From Candidatus Methanoperedens sp. (GTDB lineage: Archaea; Halobacteriota; Methanosarcinia; Methanosarcinales; Methanoperedenaceae), in NCBI GenBank assembly GCA_027460535.1, contig JAPZAR010000020.1, positions 30,001-62,000 of the forward strand: a stretch of 32,000 nt of DNA, in the 5' to 3' direction. Under the pieces are notes generated by a model that was not told the origin of the DNA, made no database searches, and worked only from the letters and a program-made list of their open reading frames with translations. The translations under genes and the position numbers were made by a program. This document shows positions 1 through 7,417 of this stretch, in pieces. Positions within the stretch are counted from its first letter, which is position 1, and every line of letters begins with the position of its first letter.

Positions 1-1363
1 TTTAATATCATTAATAAATTCATTACGTGCAGCATTCTCACAGTATTATCTAATAGGATATGCTGATGATATTGCCCTGACTTTATGGGGTAAAGTTCAT
101 GGGATATCAATATCAATTCTGATAGACCAGACTGGAACGGGGTATAGACCAATAAGAAATCTTATGTTTGCTATTGGATACACGCTATGGGGTTCTAATA
201 CTTTCATGTATTATCTGCTTAACGGCATACTATTTGCAGGAGCAATGATATTTTTATATCTAATAGTGAAAATGTTCAGTAATAAATTCGGAGGGGTATG
301 TGCAGTTCTCCTTTACATTTTCTTAGACGCAAGTTTTATTTTGGTATGGAAAATAAATTTTGTGGTGACTCTGTCTGAGTTATTTTTCATGATGGCAAGT
401 TTATATTATTCATTTCGGTTCTATGAAAGTCATAACCGCAATCATTTGCTATTATCTTTCGTAATTGGAATCCTTGCATTCATGTCAAAAGAACCGTCTA
501 TTATCATAATACCAATAGTAAACTTGCTATATCTGATTAGTAAATCAGAACATGTGAACAAACCACATAGAAACATAATCATCGGTTTTTATATTCTAAT
601 TCCTTTCATATTTTTAGTAATAATGCTGGTCAAAGCTCCTGAAGTCGGAGGGCATCCTACAATCGATATGTTTAAAGAAAAATTATTTTTCTATATCGAC
701 CAAGAAGCAACATGGCAATTAAAGAATATTTATTTATTTGGGTTTGTTTTATTATTTAGTCTAATAAAAATAAAGGATGTTCGATATCAGATAGGATTGA
801 TATGGGTTGCAATTGGGATTACTTTAAATTCACTATCTACTCAAATTGTGCAACCAACCTATTTAGCTGAAGCAAATCTTGGATTTGTTTTTTTGTTTGG
901 AATAATCATTAGCAGTATAAGGGCAGAACATAAATTGGTTCAAATCATCTTTGCGGCAATAATAATATTACAACTTGTTGCGATTCCCCAAGAAATAGCC
1001 AATACAAATAATTATCAAGAGAATGCAGCATCTTCGCAAACAGTCGTAAAAGAAATTGTAGTGTATTTAAAATCTAATATGAAAGAAAATGCAACTATAT
1101 TTTATATTCCGTCTGATGTTAGAAGTAAATACGGTGAACAAATAGATGCAATATACTTCCAAGACTTATTGTGCCTTGAGAATAGATGTGACATTAATGT
1201 GAAGTTATTATCCAATAATACTAATAACGGTTACATTGTTTTGATAAGTAATCTGGACGTATATGTGTTTGTAAATGAATATAAAGAAATTATTTCGAGA
1301 AAAATATCCTCTCAGAAAGAATTTAAAATAGGACAAAATGTAGGATATGTATTACAAATATGA
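1..1363 (+). CDS. Polytopic membrane protein, GT-C fold (ArnT/PMT, GT39-like) glycosyltransferase candidate; 5' end lies outside the window
   Basis: The frame of the 164..1363 ORF stays open back to nt 2 (LISLINSLRAAFSQYYLIGYADDIALTLWGKVHG...), so the gene starts upstream of the window. It has many hydrophobic helices followed by a roughly 130 aa soluble C-terminal domain, the usual GT39/ArnT-like layout. The family assignment rests on architecture only. Confidence 0.4.
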   Translation, partial: LISLINSLRAAFSQYYLIGYADDIALTLWGKVHGISISILIDQTGTGYRPIRNLMFAIGYTLWGSNTFMYYLLNGILFAGAMIFLYLIVKMFSNKFGGVCAVLLYIFLDASFILVWKINFVVTLSELFFMMASLYYSFRFYESHNRNHLLLSFVIGILAFMSKEPSIIIIPIVNLLYLISKSEHVNKPHRNIIIGFYILIPFIFLVIMLVKAPEVGGHPTIDMFKEKLFFYIDQEATWQLKNIYLFGFVLLFSLIKIKDVRYQIGLIWVAIGITLNSLSTQIVQPTYLAEANLGFVFLFGIIISSIRAEHKLVQIIFAAIIILQLVAIPQEIANTNNYQENAASSQTVVKEIVVYLKSNMKENATIFYIPSDVRSKYGEQIDAIYFQDLLCLENRCDINVKLLSNNTNNGYIVLISNLDVYVFVNEYKEIISRKISSQKEFKIGQNVGYVLQI

Positions 1364-1404
1364 TTCTACCTTGGAAACGAAGTTATTAAAATCCATCTCC
1401 CGAT

Positions 1405-1540
1405 ATTGGCGGCCGCCCAGAGGGTTCGGGCATAGCCCGAATCTGCCTGCAGGCGGACGGCGTCCTTAGTGCGTGGGTTGGGCGACAGTCCCTGCGCTGC
1501 GCGCTTCCTGCCGTCCAGTGCTCGCTGCGGTGGTGACCTG
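1405..1540. other. GC-rich hairpin-dense non-coding island E1 (candidate structured RNA or REP/MITE-like element) in a convergent intergenic gap
   Basis: GC rises abruptly against an AT-rich background. Palindrome ggcggccgcc at 1409-1418. Perfect hairpin ttcgggc/ata/gcccgaa at 1425-1441, extendable with G-U pairs. Long-range complement ggacggc (1455-1461) with gccgtcc (1510-1516). The ORFs across it have unnatural Arg/Pro/Ala-rich composition. Confidence 0.5.
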
Positions 1541-2500
1541 AAAATCAATACAGATATTATATTGATACGGCGCGTAAGGTCTTACAATCCTCCTATCAAG
1601 AGGTGTGATAAGCAAATTTAATTGTCGGGCAATGTCCTCAATTTTTTTCAGTATCCCATCGAACAGGTCGTCTTCATGCGAGATCGCATAGAAATGAATG
1701 ATCCCGCCGTTTTTTATTGCCTGGAGCGCAGCCTCCAGGAACTCAAGTCCGCTGTGAGGCAGGTTCATAATGATATGATCGGAACCGGAAATCCCTTTAA
1801 CGGCCTCTTTCGCCTCACCTTCTCTTATTTCAACATTCCCGATTTTGTTAAGTTTAATGTTTTTTTTTAGATATTTGATCGCATCAGGATTTTTATCAAT
1901 TGCGATAACATGCGAGGCTGGGTTTCTTTTCGCGATCAGGATACTGAATGGCCCGACACCGGCGAACATATCCACGACCAGATCTCCGTCCTTTACCTGG
2001 TTTGCAATCCTCATCCGTTCTGTTGAAAGGCGCGGTGTGAAGTAAACCCGTGCAAGGTCTATCGAGTATCTGCACCCGTTTTCACTGTACAGCGTTTCGG
2101 TCCTCTTTTCCCCGGCAAGTATCGATAGCTCACGCGTCCTGAATTCTCCACTTACTGAAGTTTCCGCCACAACGACCGTTTTTATTTTCTTTTGCTTTAT
2201 CAGCGCATCTGCAATTTGCTGCGCCTCGGGCTCGTGCCTGTCTATGACCACAATGTCCCCTATCTGCTCGTATGATGGTGAAAATCCCAGAATATCTGCT
2301 ACGGTTTCCTCTTTCTCAAAAACTTCGAAATCCTCTTTTTCCATATCCCCAAATCCTGTGATCTGCCTGGTTACAGGCAACAAAAGCGTATCACCATCCG
2401 GCTTTATCTTCAGGTTCTTATCGAGAGCGCCGAGGGCGATGAGTTCAAGTCTTGTCTTCTCGCCATCCTTTTTGGGGACCCTGATGCAAAAAGATTCCAT
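1466..2500 (-). CDS. trm5: Trm5-type tRNA (guanine37-N1)-methyltransferase (Trm5/Tyw2 family, class I SAM MTase)
   Basis: SAM-binding motif VVDMFAGVGPFSI, catalytic-region NLP motif, N-terminal D1-like domain, and a family-typical C-terminal ...YAPYQYNICIDFQV. The last roughly 22 aa (TTAASTGRQEARSAGTVAQPTH) are encoded by GC island E1 and look like a non-native extension. Confidence 0.85.
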   Translation of the reverse strand: MESFCIRVPKKDGEKTRLELIALGALDKNLKIKPDGDTLLLPVTRQITGFGDMEKEDFEVFEKEETVADILGFSPSYEQIGDIVVIDRHEPEAQQIADALIKQKKIKTVVVAETSVSGEFRTRELSILAGEKRTETLYSENGCRYSIDLARVYFTPRLSTERMRIANQVKDGDLVVDMFAGVGPFSILIAKRNPASHVIAIDKNPDAIKYLKKNIKLNKIGNVEIREGEAKEAVKGISGSDHIIMNLPHSGLEFLEAALQAIKNGGIIHFYAISHEDDLFDGILKKIEDIARQLNLLITPLDRRIVRPYAPYQYNICIDFQVTTAASTGRQEARSAGTVAQPTH

Positions 2501-2524
2501 GTATCTTGAAAAGTCCAGGCGTTA

Positions 2525-2650
2525 TTATCCAAAAAAAATTGTTCTTAGCAGCAAGATTGTCATTATTATGCCGGTCAAGATAGCTATGTATCCAAGAACA
2601 CTGCCAATAATGATACCAAAGGATTTCAATTTTTCTTGATTTATTTCCAT
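2525..2650 (-). CDS. Small single-pass membrane protein (hypothetical)
   Basis: The ORF 2525..2722 contains one clear TM helix (FGIIIGSVLGYIAILTGIIMTILLL). The internal start MEINQEK at 2650 is preferred because the 2722 start would leave only 5 nt before the divergent dph5. No similarity recognised. Confidence 0.25.
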   Translation of the reverse strand: MEINQEKLKSFGIIIGSVLGYIAILTGIIMTILLLRTIFFG

Positions 2651-2727
2651 ACTTTGATGTATATTCCCTTTATGTTTATAATTTTCCATGGTAAGGCTTA
2701 CGGTCTTAATAGACAATATCATTAGCT

Positions 2728-3516
2728 ATGATAACTTTTATTGGACTTGGGTTATACGATGAGAAAGATGTCACAATAAAGGGTTTGGAAGCTGTCAAGA
2801 ATGCTGATATCGTTTTTGTCGAATTCTATACTTCGCATCTTGTCGGTACGACCATTGAAAAAATGGAAAAGTTATATGGCAGGAAATTGGCAGTTCTCAC
2901 CAGGGAAGAGGTGGAACAGAATCCTTCATGGCTTTCCCAGGCCAAAGACAAAAATGTGGTGTTCTTATCAGGAGGGGACGCCATGGTCGCGACAACGCAT
3001 ATCGACCTTCGCCTACGCGCCATGGATATGGGTATTGATACTGCCATTATCCATGCCCCATCGATATCCTCTGCTGTCTCGGGCCTGACAGGATTGCAGA
3101 ATTACAGGTTCGGCAAATCCACAACCATCCCTTTCCCATACACGCGCAGAGAAAAAACGGTCATTTCGGAAGCGCCGTACGATACAATCAAAATGAACAA
3201 GAGGAACGACCTTCATACACTTGTTTTTCTTGATATCGATAGGGAAAAAGGATTTATGGAAATAGGAAAAGCCATATCTATACTGCTGGAAATGGAAGAG
3301 AGGCGGGGAGAAGGGATACTATCGAATACCATTGCTGTGGGTGTAGCAAGGGCAGGGTCGGAATCCCCGACCATTCACGCCGACTACATCGAGAGATTAC
3401 GGGATTATGATTTTGGAGCAGCGCTGCATGCACTGGTCATACCGGCAAGCCTTCATTTTATCGAGGCCGAAGCTCTTGTGAAATTGTGCGGGGCACCACC
3501 AGAGATTATGAAGTAA
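2728..3516 (+). CDS. dph5: Diphthine synthase (EF-2 diphthamide biosynthesis methyltransferase)
   Basis: N-terminus MITFIGLGLYDEKDVTIKGLEAVKNADIVFVEFYTS, then GGDAMVATTH and NYRFGKSTTIPF. This is the characteristic tetrapyrrole-methylase-fold diphthine synthase pattern at the typical length of 262 aa. Confidence 0.93.
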   Translation: MITFIGLGLYDEKDVTIKGLEAVKNADIVFVEFYTSHLVGTTIEKMEKLYGRKLAVLTREEVEQNPSWLSQAKDKNVVFLSGGDAMVATTHIDLRLRAMDMGIDTAIIHAPSISSAVSGLTGLQNYRFGKSTTIPFPYTRREKTVISEAPYDTIKMNKRNDLHTLVFLDIDREKGFMEIGKAISILLEMEERRGEGILSNTIAVGVARAGSESPTIHADYIERLRDYDFGAALHALVIPASLHFIEAEALVKLCGAPPEIMK

Positions 3517-3530
3517 GATAATTATTTCAG

Positions 3531-3560
3531 CTTTCTTTTTTCTTTGGCAAGCTTTTTTTT
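3531..3560 (+). terminator. Oligo-T tracts, candidate archaeal intrinsic terminator for dph5
   Basis: A T6 run (3536-3541) and a T8 run (3553-3560) lie 20-45 nt after the dph5 stop. Archaeal RNA polymerase terminates at oligo-T tracts. Confidence 0.4.
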
Positions 3561-3825
3561 AGCTTCGCCGCTTCCTGACGCCGCCATTTTTTCAAGCTCT
3601 GCTATTTTCTCCTTGCGGTCGCGCTCTTTTCTTTCCATGATCTTCTTCGACATTGCCATTAATATTCACTGTCCTTTCATCTTCGACAAAGTTCATTTCT
3701 TCCATTGTCCTTTTCAGACATGTCCTTATTCTATTTTCTGAAAGTATTTAAAATGATGGAATGAAATAGATCAGTTCTGCGCACAGCTATCCACAGGCCA
3801 AGACCAGGGAAGCTGATTCTGTCGA

Positions 3826-3981
3826 TTATTTTATGCCAAACTTTTTCCTTCTTCTTTCTATCGAATCCTTCAGCCTGTCATGGTCGCTGCGGGGCATGTT
3901 GGCTTCAGGAAGCTTCTCTTCCGGCTTCTTGGGTGGTTTGCGTTTTCTGCTTTCCCATACATCATCATATACTTCCGACAT
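3826..3981 (-). CDS. Small highly basic protein (51 aa, hypothetical)
   Basis: The ATG at 3981 is preceded by AGGTGA at about 8 nt spacing (caggtgaatttagaATG). Product MSEVYDDVWESRKRKPPKKPEEKL...RRRKKFGIK. No recognised family. Confidence 0.3.
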   Translation of the reverse strand: MSEVYDDVWESRKRKPPKKPEEKLPEANMPRSDHDRLKDSIERRRKKFGIK

Positions 3982-4054
3982 TCTAAATTCACCTGACGAT
4001 AATTTGAAGCCCAATTATTAATTTCATTCTTAATAAAGAGTAGTGCTGAAAAGA

Positions 4055-4795
4055 TCAATTCTGTGTCACCACTCTATTTTTCAAGGTTCCGATATTCTGA
4101 ATCTCGATCTCGACTTCATCCCCAACCCGCAGTTCGCCCACGCCTGGCGGGGTACCAGTGGCAATAACATCTCCCTGTTCCAGAGTCATTATGGCAGAAA
4201 TAAACTCTACCAAATGCGGGACATCAAAGATAAGGTTTGATGTGCTTGAATCCTGCCTCAGTTCCCCGTTAACTCGTGTTTTGATGTAAAGGTTCGATAC
4301 ATCCAGCTTCTGATCCGCTATATAAGGACCGATGGGCGCAAAAGTATCAAAACACTTCGCCCTGGTCCACTGTGTATCTTTTTTCTGGAGATCTCTTGCC
4401 GTGACGTCATTAAAACACGTATACCCCATTATAACTTTTTTTGCATCTGCAGCCCGGATGTTCTTGCAACGCTTGCCGATCAATACAGCAAGTTCTCCTT
4501 CATAATCCATATGGCTGGTACTGCGTGGATATACAATATTTCCAAGGTGTCCTATCACCGCTGACTGGGGCTTTAAGAAAAGTATTGGATTGGGCGGCAC
4601 TGGCATGTTCAACTCCTTTGCATGGTCGCGATAATTGAGACCCACGCAAATTATTTTGCTGGGCTGGGTTGGAGGCAATAATTCAAGGTCAGAAATCAAA
4701 AAGGTGTCACTGTACAGACCTTTATTCGCAACCACATTTTCTCCCCTCACTTCTCCGTAAAATATCTCATCGCCGTATTTGAATCTGCCAATCAT
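4055..4795 (-). CDS. Fumarylacetoacetate hydrolase (FAH) family protein (2-keto-4-pentenoate hydratase / oxaloacetate decarboxylase-like)
   Basis: KIICVGLNYRDHAKE, YEGELAVLIGK, GYTCFNDVTARD and TGTPPGVG match the canonical FAH-family C-terminal domain. Length 246 aa. Confidence 0.88.
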   Translation of the reverse strand: MIGRFKYGDEIFYGEVRGENVVANKGLYSDTFLISDLELLPPTQPSKIICVGLNYRDHAKELNMPVPPNPILFLKPQSAVIGHLGNIVYPRSTSHMDYEGELAVLIGKRCKNIRAADAKKVIMGYTCFNDVTARDLQKKDTQWTRAKCFDTFAPIGPYIADQKLDVSNLYIKTRVNGELRQDSSTSNLIFDVPHLVEFISAIMTLEQGDVIATGTPPGVGELRVGDEVEIEIQNIGTLKNRVVTQN

Positions 4796-5006
4796 TATAT
4801 ATCCTCATTTCCTTTGTGTTAGAGTCATACCCTGTTCAAACATTAATGGTTACAAAACCTTTCGCCTGTACTCTATGCGGGTCATACCTATTAATATTTT
4901 CATACAACGAAAATCCTCCAATTAGCTCTAATCGAAAGCTTTATACATTATTACTCTCATTATTATCATTATGGTGTGTCTACTATTATATGGAGGAAAT
5001 GACGTA

Positions 5007-5144
5007 ATGAAGATAGTCCACGTACAATCGGTGCTTCCACAGGAAGATGTAGTTGCATTGAAGCAAAAGACCGGTGAATCCTCCATTAAAGAAGCTATTT
5101 CAAAAGCAGTATATCATTATCTGAAATGTGACGATGAGGAATAA
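5007..5144 (+). CDS. Small ribbon-helix-helix-like protein (45 aa)
   Basis: Hand-translated: MKIVHVQSVLPQEDVVALKQKTGESSIKEAISKAVYHYLKCDDEE. The short beta strand followed by two helices fits the CopG/RHH pattern. It is below the 60 aa cutoff of the ORF track. Confidence 0.35.
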   Translation: MKIVHVQSVLPQEDVVALKQKTGESSIKEAISKAVYHYLKCDDEE

Positions 5145-5150
5145 TATACG

Positions 5151-5405
5151 ATGCAAATTCTAAAGTATATCACATCTTTCCAGATTCAAAGCCAGGAGAC
5201 AAAACATATCAATATTTCTCTTGGTTTCGAAAGAAATGGATCGATAGGATTATATTTCCAGGATACTGCTGAACTTGGACAGGATTCCAACTACATCAAT
5301 GAAACATCGTTTCCAAACAGCGGTTTGCTGGCAAGTGGAAAGTATTCATTGTGGCTTTCCATGTTCTCAAGGCATGTGAAAATGTCCTTTGAAGATGATG
5401 AATAA
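5151..5405 (+). CDS. Hypothetical 84 aa protein immediately downstream of the RHH-like ORF
   Basis: Starts 6 nt after the preceding stop, suggesting co-transcription. No motif recognised. A competing antisense ORF at 5291..5488 cannot be excluded. Confidence 0.25.
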   Translation: MQILKYITSFQIQSQETKHINISLGFERNGSIGLYFQDTAELGQDSNYINETSFPNSGLLASGKYSLWLSMFSRHVKMSFEDDE

Positions 5406-5534
5406 AACGAAGGAAGCTGAAAATTGGGGGATCGGTCATCCCCCCACCTCTTTATATAACTCTTACTTTCAGATTTTTCATATATCAAGTTTAGATTAAA
5501 AAAGATTTTATGGTTTATTGACCTTTAATGGACT

Positions 5535-5921
5535 ATGGTAACAGTAGCAATATTGATTGGGTCGGAATCAGACAGGCATATAGGAGATCGTGCATCGGAA
5601 ATTCTCACTAAAGCCGGAGTGGAGCATGAGATAACCGTTCTTTCCGCCCATAGAAATCCTCATGAACTTGATATTTATGTTACGGGGAGCGACGCAGAGA
5701 TATTCATAGCTATCGCCGGGTTGTCTGCAGCGCTGCCTGGGATGATCGCCTCACGCACAAGAAAACCTGTCATAGGCGTACCTGTTAGCTCAAAACTTGG
5801 AGGTCTGGATGCTCTTTTATCCATAGCTCAGATGCCGCGAGGGGTGCCTGTGGCGTGTGTGGGAATTGATAACGGTGAAAATGCAGCACATCTTGCACTC
5901 AGGATACTCGGGAAGACCTGA
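5535..5921 (+). CDS. purE: Phosphoribosylaminoimidazole carboxylase catalytic subunit / N5-CAIR mutase (PurE)
   Basis: [40 protein letters not shown] and [16 protein letters not shown] are the classic PurE motifs. Confidence 0.9.
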   Translation: MVTVAILIGSESDRHIGDRASEILTKAGVEHEITVLSAHRNPHELDIYVTGSDAEIFIAIAGLSAALPGMIASRTRKPVIGVPVSSKLGGLDALLSIAQMPRGVPVACVGIDNGENAAHLALRILGKT

Positions 5922-6903
5922 CCGCAGTTTCTATCTCGGATTTCCAGGTTTTTGCATCTTCTACCGCAAGTTCTTTGGATTCAATGCTTTCTCCGGTTAT
6001 AAAAAGGACGAGCTTTGAATTACTAAAGATCAGTCCATTTTTAACGTCCACCCCACTTATGCGATAAAGAGGCATCTGCCAGATATTCCCATTTTCCCTA
6101 AAAAAAAGGCGCCTGTTAGTCAGTATGGTGGTTCGTGCTCCACTTCTTGAATACTTAATGAATTTTTCAACCTGCCCTGGCAACAGGGGCTTCACCCGAT
6201 CAAGAATATCCATTATCCTCCCGTTGCCTTTGACAAGGTATGTCTTGATATTTTCCCCGCCTATGAACAAAAGTATGCCGTCCTTTTCTTGCTTAGCCCC
6301 AATTATTTTTGATATCGCTATTTTATGCTTCAATGAAGAGTTTTTGCTAAGGAAGCCAATCTCTTTGAGAAACATATTCCTATTGCTCAGGACGAGTTCA
6401 AACCTGGTTCCTTTGATGCTGACCGGCTCTCGCAGCAGTATCTCCTCGTTGTCATGCAGCAGGAGGTCGGTTTTGCTACCGTTCACATTTATTTCCCGGC
6501 CGGATTCGTTATTCTCAGGAGGAAGGGCTAAAAGATACCTGTTGAGCATTCCGACCAAAACATCCCCGCATATCAGTTTGACGTTATACTGATCTGCTTC
6601 ATCAATGGCATCCTGCGTGAAATAGCCTGTTGTTACGATTATCACCCCGTCCACACGGTCACGCATTCTCAGGCTGCCATATTCCCGTACCTCACGCACG
6701 CCTACACTGCCGTTATATTTCTTTGCCTGCACAATCCATGAATGGGATATTCCAAAATGCTCAAGTTTTATCAAAATATCCACTCCATAGTCCCGGGAAC
6801 GCTGTGTCACCTGGGTTGCATACCCCATTGCTTCGAAAAGGTCGCCTAAGAGAAGCTCAAAATCGTAGGGATCCATTTTCTTTAGGCTGTCAAGTGACCA
6901 CAT
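5899..6903 (-). CDS. Mrr-type (PD-(D/E)xK) restriction endonuclease domain fused to two PH-like (bacterial PH / YokE-like) domains
   Basis: N-terminal [18 protein letters not shown]...DYGVDILIK...IVQAKKY...[10 protein letters not shown] matches the Mrr_cat signature. The C-terminal roughly 200 aa holds two repeats of a ...LSNRNMFL... / ...[10 protein letters not shown]... module typical of PH-like domains. Its 3' end overlaps purE by 23 nt in convergent orientation. Confidence 0.7.
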   Translation of the reverse strand: MWSLDSLKKMDPYDFELLLGDLFEAMGYATQVTQRSRDYGVDILIKLEHFGISHSWIVQAKKYNGSVGVREVREYGSLRMRDRVDGVIIVTTGYFTQDAIDEADQYNVKLICGDVLVGMLNRYLLALPPENNESGREINVNGSKTDLLLHDNEEILLREPVSIKGTRFELVLSNRNMFLKEIGFLSKNSSLKHKIAISKIIGAKQEKDGILLFIGGENIKTYLVKGNGRIMDILDRVKPLLPGQVEKFIKYSRSGARTTILTNRRLFFRENGNIWQMPLYRISGVDVKNGLIFSNSKLVLFITGESIESKELAVEDAKTWKSEIETAVRSSRVS

Positions 6904-7417
6904 TTATACAGTCCTTAATGCAGGCGAGACTGCTCTCGTGGCGGCTTTAAGATAATGATATCCGGTCCTGCCCAGCTGGGTCCGAGTTCTTTTTTTCATT
7001 GCTCCTTTACCTCGTCTTAATAGGTAAATTTCTACATAATATCAATGCGCTTATTGATATATCCTCTTCATAACCATGTACAGAGAAATATTGCTTTACT
7101 GCTTTTTTTGTCCCGGACCTAATCCAGCTCCCGCAGGTCGGAGACAGATATGCTATACTTGACTGACTTCGGCTGGATATTGGACTGGAAAGAAGTTATA
7201 ACTCCAAATGTTCATGTCACTCTTAAAATCAGACTTAAGCCGTGGGTCATCGGGGATGACTGTGCGGCTCGGATAGGGAATTAAAATTTTATTTTCTGGT
7301 GACACTATATTCATCATTGAACTCGTTATTTTCCTTAAAATTTGCGAAATAAAAGCATTTTAACTTTTTCAGGCCGATCCGTACTGGTTTTATCCTTCTG
7401 CCGGCACATTCGAGAGG

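Noticed and set aside
1405-1540. E1 or E2 as a tRNA, SRP RNA or RNase P RNA
   Set aside because: There is no T-loop GTTCGAATC-type motif or cloverleaf. I also found no SRP helix-8 GGAA/AGCA-type motif and no RNase P conserved GGAAAGTCC/ACAGAA-type blocks by eye.
1366-1548. 60 aa ORF on the minus strand across GC island E1
   Set aside because: The Arg/Pro/Ala-rich composition simply reflects the GC-rich element. It overlaps the trm5 tail in another frame and has no plausible start context.
1622-2639. Plus-strand ORFs 1622..1870, 1845..2045 and 2244..2639 antisense to trm5
   Set aside because: These are shadow ORFs opposite a well-supported gene, with low-complexity Ser/Phe-rich products.
6125-6950. 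ORFs 6125..6592 and 6630..6950 antisense to the Mrr-like gene
   Set aside because: These are shadow ORFs with no motifs, entirely contained in a better-supported gene.
6904-6999. 31-codon ORF (MKKRTRTQLGRTGYHYLKAATRAVSPALRTV) ending in TAA directly in frame with, and abutting, the ATG of the Mrr-like gene
   Set aside because: The AAGGAG is only about 2 nt from the ATG, which is poor spacing. Mrr-like proteins need no such extension, and TAA read-through is not known in this lineage. It is probably fortuitous.
7153-7317. 54 aa minus-strand ORF (MMNIVSPENKILIPYPSRTV...) in the gap between the pilin-like gene and the Mrr-like gene, ending in TAG
   Set aside because: No recognisable motif or ribosome-binding site, and it is below the ORF-track threshold. 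The possibility of TAG read as pyrrolysine was considered, but nothing supports it.
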